Positions 44,098 through 53,785 of a stretch of DNA of 64,000 nt are shown here, in pieces. The position numbers were made by a program, and so were the translations under genes. The notes under the pieces are model-generated. The model did no database searches and was not told the origin of the DNA. It worked only from the letters and a program-made list of their open reading frames with translations. The DNA comes from an uncultured delta proteobacterium (lineage in GTDB: Bacteria > Myxococcota_A > Polyangia > Polyangiales > Polyangiaceae): assembly GCA_963841435.1 (NCBI GenBank), contig CAWJCS010000006.1:512001-576000 (forward strand). Direction: 5' to 3'. The stretch's first letter is position 1; each line of letters opens with the position of its first letter.

Positions 44098-45642
44098 ATG
44101 CGAAATCCCCTCAACTGGCGCAACACACCGCCCGCAGCGTATCGCGACACCTACGTCGAAAATCGCTTCGCGAGCGAAAACTCGTTCTCGACCCGACCGC
44201 GGCGCAACGTGGACCCGTGGCCGACGTTCGCCGACGGTCGCGCGAGCCTCTTGCCGGTGCCGCACCTGCCGACGCAGCCGAGCGCCGTCAACTTTTATTA
44301 TCGCTGCTGGGAGATCGCGTTCAGCAACTTCAGGCGCGCGACCGGCGAGAACGGCTTCGTCTCGGACTACTCGTCGACGATGTACGATAACGCGCTCTTC
44401 ATCTGGGACTCGGTGTTCATCACCCTGTTCGGTCGCTACGGTGATCGAGCGTGGAAGTTCCAGAACACGCTCGACAACTTTTACGCGCGCCAGCACCCCG
44501 ACGGCGGCATCTGTCGCCAGCTGCGTGAGGAGGACGGCAGCGAGGTCTTCAGTCGCTTCGACCCGGCCGGCAGCGGGCCGAACCTGCTCGCCTGGAGCGA
44601 GTGGGAATACTACCGGTTTTTCGGCGATCGCAGCCGCCTGGTCGAGGTTTTCGCGCCCCTCGTCGCGCACGCCGATTGGCATCGGCACTACCGCACCTGG
44701 CCGAACGGCAGCTACTGGGGCACGGGCTGGGCGACGGGCATGGACAACCAGCCGCGCACGCCGGCGGGTGCGCACGTCTGGTTCGATCACGCGCACCGCA
44801 CCTGGGTCGATACGAACTTCCAGGCGGCGCTCAACAATCGTCTGCTCGCGCGCATCGGCGAGGAACTCGGTCGCGAGGAGGAGGTTCAGGACTCGACTGC
44901 CGAGAACGCGACGCTCGTCCCGTGGATCAACCAGCACCTCTGGGACGAGGGCACGAGCTTTTATCACGACCTTCGACGCGATCAGTCGCGCGTCACGGAG
45001 GTAAAAACGATCGGCGCCTACTGGGCGCTGCTCGCCCACGCCGTGCCGGAGGATCGTCTCGACCGCTTCGTGTCTCACCTCGATCGCGGGACGGAATTTC
45101 GGCGCGCCCATCGCGTGCCGAGCCTCTCGGCAGACACGCCCGGCTACGATCCCGACGGCGGGCACTGGCTCGGCGGCGTGTGGGCGCCCACGAATTACAT
45201 GGTTTTGCGCGGGCTCACCGAGCACGGCTACCACGACCTCGCCTACGCCATCGCCGACAATCATTACCAGAGTGTGCTCGCCTCGTTCGAGAAGACGGGG
45301 TCCATCTGGGAGCACCACGCCCCGGACGCCGTCGGAGCGGGCCGCGGTCGGCGCGACTTCGTCGGCTGGACGGGCATCACTCCGATCGCGGTGCTCTTCG
45401 AGTACGTGCTCGGATTGCGCCCGGACGTGTCGCGCAGCCTCCTGGTCTGGGACGTGCGGCGCCTCGACGAGCACGGCGTGCAACGCTACCCGTTCGGCGT
45501 CCACGGCTCGCTGGATCTCGTCGCGGGCGCGCGCGACAAGGCGAGCGAGCGTCCACGGCTGAGTATCAGCAGCAACGTACCGCTCAAGCTCGAGCTGCGC
45601 TGGGCGGCCGGGTCCGAGGTCATCGACGTGACGCCGACATGA
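44098..45642 (+). CDS. (alpha/alpha)6 glycoside hydrolase, GH63/MGH1-like
   Basis: FIWDSVF, TGMDNQPR, LWDE...FYHD, HWLGGVWAPTNYMV, IWEHHAP, DFVGWT. Confidence 0.8.
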   Translation: MRNPLNWRNTPPAAYRDTYVENRFASENSFSTRPRRNVDPWPTFADGRASLLPVPHLPTQPSAVNFYYRCWEIAFSNFRRATGENGFVSDYSSTMYDNALFIWDSVFITLFGRYGDRAWKFQNTLDNFYARQHPDGGICRQLREEDGSEVFSRFDPAGSGPNLLAWSEWEYYRFFGDRSRLVEVFAPLVAHADWHRHYRTWPNGSYWGTGWATGMDNQPRTPAGAHVWFDHAHRTWVDTNFQAALNNRLLARIGEELGREEEVQDSTAENATLVPWINQHLWDEGTSFYHDLRRDQSRVTEVKTIGAYWALLAHAVPEDRLDRFVSHLDRGTEFRRAHRVPSLSADTPGYDPDGGHWLGGVWAPTNYMVLRGLTEHGYHDLAYAIADNHYQSVLASFEKTGSIWEHHAPDAVGAGRGRRDFVGWTGITPIAVLFEYVLGLRPDVSRSLLVWDVRRLDEHGVQRYPFGVHGSLDLVAGARDKASERPRLSISSNVPLKLELRWAAGSEVIDVTPT

Positions 45643-46502
45643 AGCTTGCCGTCTCCGTCGATGGGAGGCTCGTGCCACCCGCGGAGGCCTCGGTGAGCGT
45701 GCTCGACCGAGGGTTCTTGTACGGCGATGCCGTGTTCGAGGTGCTTCGCACTTACGGGCGCGTGCCGTTCGCGCTCGAGCGCCACCTCGAGCGGCTCGCC
45801 GAGAGCGCGCGGCGTGCGCTGATGGCGCTGCCCGTCTCGCTCGCGGAGCTCCGGCGCGAGGTCGAGACCGCGATTTCGGCAGCCAATCAGCGCGAGTCGC
45901 TCGTGCGCTTGATGCTCACGCGCGGACGCGCCGAGACGCTGGGACTCGACCTGGAGCTCGCGGGCGCACCGCTGCGGGTCGTGCTCGTGATGGAGCTCGC
46001 CGAGCCTCCCGCCGAGCTCTACGAAGCCGGCATCGGCGCCATCACGTTTCCGACCGAGCGCGTCGGCGACGGCACGCGCGCCGCTGGTGCGAAGCTCGTC
46101 AACTACCTCGTCGCCGTGCTCGCGCTCGACGAGGCGAAGCGAAAAGGCGCGAAGGAAGCGCTCGTGCTCGACGCGCGGGGCAACGTCACCGAGGGCTGCA
46201 CGTCCAACGTGTTCGTCGTGCGCGACGGAGCGCTCGTGACGCCGCCCGAGTCTGCGGGGATTTTGCGGGGTATCACTCGCGACACGCTGCTCGAGCTCGC
46301 TTCGCGCGCGAGCCTTTCCGTCGAGGAGCGCGAGCTGCGAAGGGACGAGCTTTTCAGCGCCGATGAAGCGTTCATCAGCTCGAGCATCCGCGAGGTCGTG
46401 CCCGTCGTTTCGGTCGACGGGCACGCGATCGCGAACGGCCGCCCGGGACCGGTCACGCTGCGACTGCTCGCCGAGTACCGGCGCTTCACGCGCGTCGCCT
46501 GA
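45639..46502 (+). CDS. Class IV PLP aminotransferase (IlvE/PabC/D-amino-acid transaminase family)
   Basis: DRGFLYGDAVFEVLRT, HLERL, AK..NYL, EGCTSNVF, ILRGITR. ATG overlaps the upstream stop. Confidence 0.9.
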   Translation: MKLAVSVDGRLVPPAEASVSVLDRGFLYGDAVFEVLRTYGRVPFALERHLERLAESARRALMALPVSLAELRREVETAISAANQRESLVRLMLTRGRAETLGLDLELAGAPLRVVLVMELAEPPAELYEAGIGAITFPTERVGDGTRAAGAKLVNYLVAVLALDEAKRKGAKEALVLDARGNVTEGCTSNVFVVRDGALVTPPESAGILRGITRDTLLELASRASLSVEERELRRDELFSADEAFISSSIREVVPVVSVDGHAIANGRPGPVTLRLLAEYRRFTRVA

Positions 46503-46555
46503 GCGGCGGTGTGCATCGCGGTGCGCGGGCCCGGTGGGCCGCGGCGAAGGCAGGC

Positions 46556-47689
46556 TCAGGTCGTGGGGGCGGGAGCCTGAGCGGCCGCGCGGCGCGGGAT
46601 GCTGAGCTTGCCGCCGCCCTGGGCGAGCAGCACACCGATGGCCTTTTCGAAGAACGCTCGTAAGAACGGTATCTCGTGCGGCGGATCGGTGATGAGCCCG
46701 CAGCGCTCGATGCCCTTGATGGTGGCGACGAGTTCGAGCGCCTTGACTTCGCCGTCGCGGGCGAGCACGCCGAGCCCGCTGTCCTTCATCGAGAGCACGA
46801 GGTCGGCGCGTCGCTCCGGCGAAAAATAGCGATCCGTCGCCGCCAGCACCTCGTTCTTCAAGAGCTCTTCGACGACGCGGGGTTCCGGCTCCTCGCCGTC
46901 GGGCAGACCCTCGCCGACCTTGGCGAGCAGCTCGTCGATCGAAGGGCGGTTCGGTAGCCAACCACGAAACTCCGGCAGCTCGTGGAGCGAGCCGGACGCT
47001 TCGATGAGCGTCTTCTGATCTTCGTCGCCGAGCTCCAGCCCTTCCTCGTCGAACGGGTGAGGCAGCGTGGCGCTCGGCGGCTCGCCGAGCAGCCCCTCCG
47101 CCCCCGCGAAGCCGAGCGGCTCCGGCACGCCGCGCTCACGGTGTCGCGTTCGCGCCTCGGCGATGCGCGCCTGCGCCCACGCGACGGGGATCGAAACCGG
47201 CTTGTACTGAGCACCGCGCAGCGCCCCCTGAATCGACGCGCGGAGCTGCGACTGCGCGAGCTCGCTCGTGCGCGCGTCGATGACGCCCAGGGTGCGCGAC
47301 ACGAACGCAAAGAGCGCGCGATAGCGCGTCGTCGGCGTGCGCGAGGCGAGCACGAGCAGGCTCGTGCCCGTGCCGTCGGGGGGCAACAGCCAGGCCTCGA
47401 GCGATTCCTTCTCGCGCTCACCGCCGACCGTTGCCACGCGCGTTACCGGCGACGGCTTGATGCCGCGCGCCATGAGGACGTTCAGGGCACGTCGCGCGGT
47501 CTTGCGCAGGGCGCCTTGTGTGGCCTCGGCCACGGCGCCGACGGCGTCAGCGTTGCCCTCGCGCACCCAGGCGTCGATCAGCGCGTCGCCGCGCGCGCCT
47601 GCTTCACCGAGCTTGGCGAGCGCTTGCTCGCGGGACGCCTTCAGTAGCGCCGAGTCGAACACCTGCTCCTTGGCTTCCGTCTTCGTCAT
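46556..47689 (-). CDS. Hypothetical helical protein
   Basis: Long ORF with protein-like composition, co-oriented with ridA-recR-dnaX; no recognised domain. Confidence 0.7.
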   Translation of the reverse strand: MTKTEAKEQVFDSALLKASREQALAKLGEAGARGDALIDAWVREGNADAVGAVAEATQGALRKTARRALNVLMARGIKPSPVTRVATVGGEREKESLEAWLLPPDGTGTSLLVLASRTPTTRYRALFAFVSRTLGVIDARTSELAQSQLRASIQGALRGAQYKPVSIPVAWAQARIAEARTRHRERGVPEPLGFAGAEGLLGEPPSATLPHPFDEEGLELGDEDQKTLIEASGSLHELPEFRGWLPNRPSIDELLAKVGEGLPDGEEPEPRVVEELLKNEVLAATDRYFSPERRADLVLSMKDSGLGVLARDGEVKALELVATIKGIERCGLITDPPHEIPFLRAFFEKAIGVLLAQGGGKLSIPRRAAAQAPAPTT

Positions 47690-47711
47690 GGTCTTTCCTG
47701 GTGGCGAGGTC

Positions 47712-48098
47712 TCAGCGGGGTGCGTGCGCGACGGCGTCGATCTCGACGCGGGCCCCGCGCGGCAGCCCCGCGACTTGCACCGTCGCACGCGCGGGGGCTC
47801 CCTCGGGGAAGTAGGCCGCGTAGGCTACGTCGAAAGCGGCGAAATCAGCGAGGTCCGCGAGAAACACGGTGCATTTGACGATATCGCCGTGCGTGAGCCC
47901 CGCAGCGCCGAGCACGGCTCCGAGGTTGTCGAGCACACGCTCGGTCTGGCGCTGGATGTCGCCCTCGACGAGCTCGTGCGTCGCCGGGTCGATCGGGATT
48001 TGGCCCGAACAGAAGACGAAGTCGCCCGCACGGACGGCCTGCGAGTAGCTCGCCACGGGTGCCGGCGCTGCGGCGGAGCGCAAGATCTGTTTGGTCAT
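47712..48098 (-). CDS. ridA: RidA/YjgF family reactive-intermediate deaminase
   Basis: YSQAV, SGQIP, PARATVQVAGLP, VEIDAVA. Confidence 0.88.
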   Translation of the reverse strand: MTKQILRSAAAPAPVASYSQAVRAGDFVFCSGQIPIDPATHELVEGDIQRQTERVLDNLGAVLGAAGLTHGDIVKCTVFLADLADFAAFDVAYAAYFPEGAPARATVQVAGLPRGARVEIDAVAHAPR

Positions 48099-48144
48099 GT
48101 TGCGAGGGCAGGGATGATGGTCGGTCGCGCGGCGGCGTGCAAGC

Positions 48145-48756
48145 TCAGACCAGACGCCGCCCGTCGATGGCACGACCCAGCGTGATCTGGTCGGCGAACT
48201 CCAAGTCGCCTCCGTGGGGGACGCCGCTGGCGATGCGCGTCACGCGCAGACCTCGCCCCGCGAGCTCGCGCGCGAGCAACAGGGCGGTCGCCTCGCCGTC
48301 CACCGACGGCGGCGTCGCGAGGATTACTTCCTTGACGCCGTCGGCGGCGATGCGCGCCATGAGCGGGCCGAGCGGGAGCTCCTCGGGGCCGATGCCGTCG
48401 AGCGGCGAGAGCAGCTTCCCGAGCACGAAATACCGGCCGCGGACCGCACCGCTACGCTCGAGCGCGAGCAGATCCTGCACGCGCGCGACGATGCACAAGA
48501 CCTCCGCGTCCCGCCGCGAGTCGCGGCAGATCCCGCAGCGCGCTTGGCCGTGGTCGTCGAGCTCGGCGACATTGCCGCATGTCTCGCAGGGGCGCACGTG
48601 CGACTCGAGCTCGAGCAGCGCCTGGCCTAGCTCGCGCGCGACCTCGAGCTTGTCGCCCACGAGCCAGAGCACGAAACGCTGCGCCGTCTTCTCTCCGACG
48701 CCCGGCAAGCGCGCGAACAGCTCTGCGAGGCGCGTCACGCGCGAGGGCAGCATCAT
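48145..48756 (-). CDS. recR: Recombination mediator RecR
   Basis: LPGVGEKTAQR HhH motif, C4 zinc finger, LSPLDGIGP, EVILAT...GEATA, TRIASGVP.GGDLEFAD. Confidence 0.95.
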   Translation of the reverse strand: MMLPSRVTRLAELFARLPGVGEKTAQRFVLWLVGDKLEVARELGQALLELESHVRPCETCGNVAELDDHGQARCGICRDSRRDAEVLCIVARVQDLLALERSGAVRGRYFVLGKLLSPLDGIGPEELPLGPLMARIAADGVKEVILATPPSVDGEATALLLARELAGRGLRVTRIASGVPHGGDLEFADQITLGRAIDGRRLV

Positions 48757-48765
48757 GCGCCGACT

Positions 48766-50766
48766 CTACCGCCCTGCGAGCTTGAGATCTTTCACGTGAC
48801 CACCGAGCACCTCGAGCGCCTCGACGACGCGCGGGTGGCTCTTCACTTTGGCGATCGCCGTGCGGCGCTTTCGCTCGGCCTCTGCGGAGTCGAGGTGGGC
48901 GAGCGTTGGCGCGCCGGGCGGAAGCTTGATGCCCGTTTCGATGCGGACGCTCGTGGGGGTACCGAAGTGGGCGCTCGCAGCGCGCTCGACGAGTGCGGCT
49001 TCGCGCGTCACCTCGTCGGTGATGAACGGTTCGTCCGAGCCGAAGCCGAGGCGTACGAGACCGGGCGCCGCGGTGAGCAGCGCTCCGCGCATGAGGAACG
49101 CGCCGAGCTCGGCGCGCTCATCGCCGACGCGCTCGACGATGGCGCGCCAGTCGTCGAGCGCGCCCGGGCCGAGCCCCGCCTCCGCGACGGCGCTCGCGGC
49201 GCGTGCGGGCTTCGCGTCCGAGGGCGGCGTGCTCGCGCGGGCTCGTTCGGGCCGCAGTGGCGCGACCGGCGCCGGCCCGGGCGGTGACGCCGCGGGCGGT
49301 GACGCCGCAGCCGGTGACGCCGCGGGCGGTGACGCCGCAGCCGGTGACGCCGCGGGCGGTGACGCCGCAGCCGGTGACGCCGCGGGCGGTGACGCCGCAG
49401 CCGGTGACGCCGCAGCCGGTGACGCCGCGGGAGATGGTGAGTCCGAGGAGCGCGGCGCGCTCGGCGGCGGGGCCGCAGCTGCCGAGCGCGGGGCCGGCCC
49501 CACCGCGCGCGGGCTCGCAGCGGCCGGTGTCTGGGCACTGCGCACGCGAGCCGGTTCGTCGCCTGCGCGGGCCGCGGGGGCCGACCCCCTGAGCCGCCGT
49601 TCGAGCGCTCCGAGCCGCCCCACGAGGTCGTCGATGGGCAAGAGCGGCGGGCGGCGCGCCAGCCGGACGAGCAGCATTTCGAGCGCCGCGCGCGCCTGGC
49701 CGCTGCGCACGATGTCGTCGAAGCCCTGCGCGAAGCCCTGGTGCAGTCGCAAGAGGTCGTCGGCGCTCGCGTCCTTGGCGAGCGCGACGACGCGCGCGAC
49801 CTCGTCGGCGGGCAGATCGATGAGCGGCGCGGGCTCGGCGCACACCTTGCCGACCACGAGATCGCGCAGTAGCGCCAAGAGGTCGCGCGAAACGTGCACG
49901 ACGTCGTGCCCCTCGGCGACGAGATCCGCCACGATGCGCAGGCATCCGGGTGCGTCGCCCGACAGCAACGCGGTCGCGATCTCGAACAGCACACGCTGGC
50001 TCGCGACGCCGAGCACGCGCGCCACGGCTTCGCCCTTGAGCTCGCCGCCCGCCCACGCGATCACCTGATCGAGCAAGCTCATCGCGTCGCGCATGCTGCC
50101 GGCCGCCTCGCGCGCGAGGATCGAGATGGCGGCGTCGTCCGCGCCGATGCCCTCGCTATCGAGCACGTGGCGCAGCCGGCCCGCGATGGCTTGCGCGGAG
50201 ATCAGCTTGAAGTCGAAACGCTGCACGCGGCTCAAGATCGTGACGGGAACCTTGTGCACTTCCGTCGTCGCGAAGATGAACTTCACGTGCGGTGGCGGCT
50301 CCTCGAGCGTCTTTAGGAACGCGTTCCACGCGTTCTGCGAGAGCATGTGGACCTCGTCAACGACGTAGATCTTGAAGCGATCGCGCTGGGGCCGGTACGG
50401 CAGCGAATCCTGCAGCTTTCGGACCTCGTCGACGCCGTTGTAGCTCGCGCCGTCGATCTCCCACACGTCAACATCGGTGCCCTGCGCGATCTCGCGACAA
50501 GCGGCGCACGCGAGGCAGGGTGTCACCGTGGGGCCGGGGTCGGTGCCGGGCGGAGTCGTCGCCGGATCACCGAGGCAATTGAGGGCCTTGGCGAGGATGC
50601 GCGCGCTCGTCGTCTTGCCCACGCCGCGGACGCCGGTGAACAGGAACGCGTGGGCCACGCGATTGGCCCGGATGGCGTTGCCCAGCGTTTGCGCCACGTG
50701 ATCTTGCCCGACCAGGTCCTCGAAGCGGAGTGGGCGCCATTTGCGCGCCAGGACGACGTAGCTCAC
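48766..50766 (-). CDS. dnaX: DNA polymerase III subunit gamma/tau
   Basis: YVVLARKWRP..F...VGQ, GVRGVGKTT, DEVHML, LKTLEEPP, TILSR, GSMRDA. Confidence 0.96.
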   Translation of the reverse strand: MSYVVLARKWRPLRFEDLVGQDHVAQTLGNAIRANRVAHAFLFTGVRGVGKTTSARILAKALNCLGDPATTPPGTDPGPTVTPCLACAACREIAQGTDVDVWEIDGASYNGVDEVRKLQDSLPYRPQRDRFKIYVVDEVHMLSQNAWNAFLKTLEEPPPHVKFIFATTEVHKVPVTILSRVQRFDFKLISAQAIAGRLRHVLDSEGIGADDAAISILAREAAGSMRDAMSLLDQVIAWAGGELKGEAVARVLGVASQRVLFEIATALLSGDAPGCLRIVADLVAEGHDVVHVSRDLLALLRDLVVGKVCAEPAPLIDLPADEVARVVALAKDASADDLLRLHQGFAQGFDDIVRSGQARAALEMLLVRLARRPPLLPIDDLVGRLGALERRLRGSAPAARAGDEPARVRSAQTPAAASPRAVGPAPRSAAAAPPPSAPRSSDSPSPAASPAAASPAAASPPAASPAAASPPAASPAAASPPAASPAAASPPAASPPGPAPVAPLRPERARASTPPSDAKPARAASAVAEAGLGPGALDDWRAIVERVGDERAELGAFLMRGALLTAAPGLVRLGFGSDEPFITDEVTREAALVERAASAHFGTPTSVRIETGIKLPPGAPTLAHLDSAEAERKRRTAIAKVKSHPRVVEALEVLGGHVKDLKLAGR
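49282..49431 (-). repeat. Ten tandem 15-bp units CGGTGACGCCGC(GGG/AGC) in the dnaX linker, encoding AASP(P/A)
   Basis: Counted directly; the first eight units form four perfect 30-bp higher-order repeats. Confidence 0.95.
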
Positions 50767-50884
50767 CCGTGGTCGCCTAGCAGATCGGCGCGCGAGGAGC
50801 GAGGGTCATCCCCAACGGCCGGCACCGGTGGTAACATCCGACCGTGCCGAACCCGCAAGCGACGAGCCCGTCGCGCCGTCGCCC

Positions 50885-52381
50885 ATGAGCGAAGTCTTCG
50901 CCGGGGTCGTCGCGGCCTGGTCGGTGTCGCACGCCGCGCTCGGGCTGTATTTCTTGCTGGCGTTCGTGGTCGGTGGGCGTGGGCGCGAATTCGCGCTGTT
51001 CGGCCTGCTCTGCTTCGCCTTCAGCGTCGCCAGCATCGGCATTTCGCTCGATTTCTTCTCGGCGAGCGCCGGCGAGCGCGATCGCTACGACGTCATCTCC
51101 CACGTCGGGTACGTCCTCGCCGGGGTCCTGAACCTTCATTTCGCCATCGAGTTTGCCGGCTATCCAGCGAAGCGCCGCGTGCTCGTCGCGCTCTATGCCG
51201 CGGCGGCGTTTTTCGAGGTCGCCACGTTGAACGAATGGCTATGGACCGAGCACCGCGCCGTCGTCGCGACGGTGCTCGGTCATACCGTTCACTACGGCGT
51301 GGGAACACCGAGCGCGCTCGGGTACGTTTTCTACGCGTTCGGGACGACCGAGACCGTCGTGGCTCTGCTCTTGCTCTTGCACGCTTACCGTGCGGGGCGA
51401 CCGGAAGCCCTGAGTGCCCTCATCGGCGCGGCGCTCGTGCTTCCCGCCCTCGGCAACGATCTCGGTATTGCGTTCGGTCTGCTCGAGAGCACGGTTTCCC
51501 TCTTGCCGCACTGCTTCTTGATCTACGCCTTCGGCGTGGCGGCCGCGCTCCTCGTGCGGTTTCGCATCACGTCGGGTGAAATCGAGGACGCGACGACGAG
51601 CTTGCGCCAGCGCACCGAGGAGCTCCTGCACTCGCACGAAGAGCTACGCCAGATGCAGGGAGAGCTCTCGAACCGGCGGCAGCTCGCCGTCGTGGGCGAG
51701 CTCGCCGCGGCCATCGCGCACGAGGTGCGAAATCCCCTGGCCGTGATCGTCAACGCGGTGGCAGGTCTCCGTCGCGGTGGCCTGCGCGATCAGGATCGAG
51801 CGACGCTGCTCGACATCGTCGACGAGGAGGCCGGTCGCCTGAACCGTCTGGTCGGCGACCTGCTCCGTTTCGCGCGGCCCATCAATGTGAACCGCTTGCC
51901 GGTATCGCTCGCGGAGCTCGCGCGCCGCTTCAAGGGCAGCATCGAGGGCCCTCCCGAGGTCGTGACCGAGATCGACGCCGTACCCGAGGCCGATACGGCG
52001 TGGGTCGACCCGAACCTGTTCCGCCTCGTGTTCGACAACCTCCTCGCGAACGCCCGTCAGGCCATGCGCGATGCCGGCGTGATCCGCGTGCGCATCCGGC
52101 CCGAGCGCGGCGGCGAGGAGCCGCGCGTGCGCATCGAGGTCGAGGACAGCGGGCAGGGCATGGACCCCGAGGTTCAGCGGCGCGCCCTCGATCCCTTTTT
52201 CACGACGCGGCCGAGTGGCACCGGGCTCGGCCTGCCCATCGTGCAGCGCATCGTCGAAGCGCACGGCGGCGAGCTCCGCATCGAAAGCGTCGGCGGCGCG
52301 GGCACGACCGTCACGGTGACGATTCCCGTGTCCCGCCCCGAGGAGCGGCCCTCCGAACGCCCACAGGAGCAGGCCTCGTGA
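50885..52381 (+). CDS. Membrane sensor histidine kinase (multi-TM N-terminus, HisKA + HATPase_c, NtrB-like H-box)
   Basis: About 7 hydrophobic helices, AHEVRNPL, NLLANARQA, EDSGQGM, PFFTTR..GTGLGL. No adjacent response regulator. The start could instead be 50828. Confidence 0.9.
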   Translation: MSEVFAGVVAAWSVSHAALGLYFLLAFVVGGRGREFALFGLLCFAFSVASIGISLDFFSASAGERDRYDVISHVGYVLAGVLNLHFAIEFAGYPAKRRVLVALYAAAAFFEVATLNEWLWTEHRAVVATVLGHTVHYGVGTPSALGYVFYAFGTTETVVALLLLLHAYRAGRPEALSALIGAALVLPALGNDLGIAFGLLESTVSLLPHCFLIYAFGVAAALLVRFRITSGEIEDATTSLRQRTEELLHSHEELRQMQGELSNRRQLAVVGELAAAIAHEVRNPLAVIVNAVAGLRRGGLRDQDRATLLDIVDEEAGRLNRLVGDLLRFARPINVNRLPVSLAELARRFKGSIEGPPEVVTEIDAVPEADTAWVDPNLFRLVFDNLLANARQAMRDAGVIRVRIRPERGGEEPRVRIEVEDSGQGMDPEVQRRALDPFFTTRPSGTGLGLPIVQRIVEAHGGELRIESVGGAGTTVTVTIPVSRPEERPSERPQEQAS

Positions 52382-53673
52382 CACTGCCGCGCGAGCGCAT
52401 CGTCGAGCTCGACAAGCGCCACGTCTGGCACCCGTACACGCCGATGGGTCCGTACGTTGCCTCGACCGATCCCATCGTCGTCGTGAGCGCTCGGGGCGCG
52501 CGCTTTTCCGACGCCAATGGGCGCTCTTACCTCGACGCCAACTCGTCGTGGTGGTGCGCCGCGCTCGGTCACGGGCACCCGCGTCTCGTCGCCGCGCTCG
52601 CCGAGCAAGCCGAGCGCTTCGCTCACGTGGCGCTCGGGGGCATCACGCACGAGCCCGCGGCGCTGCTCGGCGCCGAGCTCACCCGCGTGGCGCCCCCGGG
52701 CCTTTCGCGCGTCTTTTACAGCGACGACGGGTCGACGGCCGTCGAGACGGCGCTCAAGCTCGCCGCACAATACTGGGCGCAAAACGGTCGCCCCGGTCGC
52801 AAGCGCTTCCTCGCGCTCGAGGGCGCCTTTCACGGCGAGACGCTCGGCGCGACGATGCTGGGCGGCGTCGAGGCCTTCCGCCGCGGCGTGGCCGGGCTCG
52901 TCGTCGATTGCCTGCGCGTCCCGCCGGGCGACACCGGTCACGTCCGCGCCCTCGACGCGATCGCGGACGCCGTGCACCGGCACGCCGACGAGCTCGCAGG
53001 TGTCGTGCTCGAGCCCGTCGTGCAGGCGGCGGGCGGCATGCGCATCTACGACCCGGCGCTCGTCGCCCGCGCGCGCGAGCTCACGTGCCAGCACGACACC
53101 TTCCTGATCCTCGACGAGGTGTTCACGGGCTACGGGCGCACGGGCCCGATGTGGGCGGCGGAGCACGCCGCCGTGTCCCCGGACCTCGTGTGCCTGGGCA
53201 AGGCCTTCACGGGAGGGCTCTTGCCCATGGCGGCGACGCTGGCGACCGAGCGCATTTTCGAGGGATTTTTGGGCGATCCGACGCGCGCGTTCTTTCACGG
53301 TCACACGTTCGCGGGCCATCCGCTCGGCGCGCGCGTTGCCCTCGAAGTGCTCGCCGTGTACCGCGAGGAGCGCGTCCTCGAGCGGGCGCGGGGCAAGGCC
53401 GAGCGCATCGCGCGCGCCTTCCAGGGCTTTGCCGAGCTCCCCGGCGTGACGACGACGCGCAGCCTCGGTATGGTCGCGGCGCTCGAGCTCGGCCAGGGCG
53501 GCTACTTCGACCAGGTGGGCCAACGCGTGTACGCCGAGGCCCTGCGTCGCGGCGCGTATCTCCGCCCGCTCGGCAGCACCGTGTACGTCACCCCGCCGCT
53601 CACGATCTCCGACGCCGATCTCGACGAGCTACTCGGCATCGTGGGCGAGTCGGTGCGCGCCGCGGTCGGCTGA
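52378..53673 (+). CDS. bioA: Adenosylmethionine-8-amino-7-oxononanoate aminotransferase
   Basis: VWHPYT, DANSSWW, DGSTAVETALK, FHGETLGA, DEVFTGYGRTG, GKAFTGG, FFHGHTF, LRPLG. Confidence 0.88.
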   Translation: MTLPRERIVELDKRHVWHPYTPMGPYVASTDPIVVVSARGARFSDANGRSYLDANSSWWCAALGHGHPRLVAALAEQAERFAHVALGGITHEPAALLGAELTRVAPPGLSRVFYSDDGSTAVETALKLAAQYWAQNGRPGRKRFLALEGAFHGETLGATMLGGVEAFRRGVAGLVVDCLRVPPGDTGHVRALDAIADAVHRHADELAGVVLEPVVQAAGGMRIYDPALVARARELTCQHDTFLILDEVFTGYGRTGPMWAAEHAAVSPDLVCLGKAFTGGLLPMAATLATERIFEGFLGDPTRAFFHGHTFAGHPLGARVALEVLAVYREERVLERARGKAERIARAFQGFAELPGVTTTRSLGMVAALELGQGGYFDQVGQRVYAEALRRGAYLRPLGSTVYVTPPLTISDADLDELLGIVGESVRAAVG

Positions 53674-53785
53674 CGCGCGGGGGCTCCCCTAGCAGGGGCG
53701 CGTCTTACCGAACGGTCGTGCCTCGGCACGACGGACTGCTCGACGACGCGGCGCGACGCTGGCGCTCGGCAGCGCAACGCTCGAG

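Noticed and set aside
49282-49431. Regular repeat array considered as a possible CRISPR
   Set aside because: The units are directly adjacent with no unique spacers, in frame within dnaX, and there are no cas genes in the window.
48766-50766. Programmed -1 frameshift site producing the gamma subunit of dnaX
   Set aside because: I saw no A AAA AAG slippery heptamer or long A run on the coding strand.
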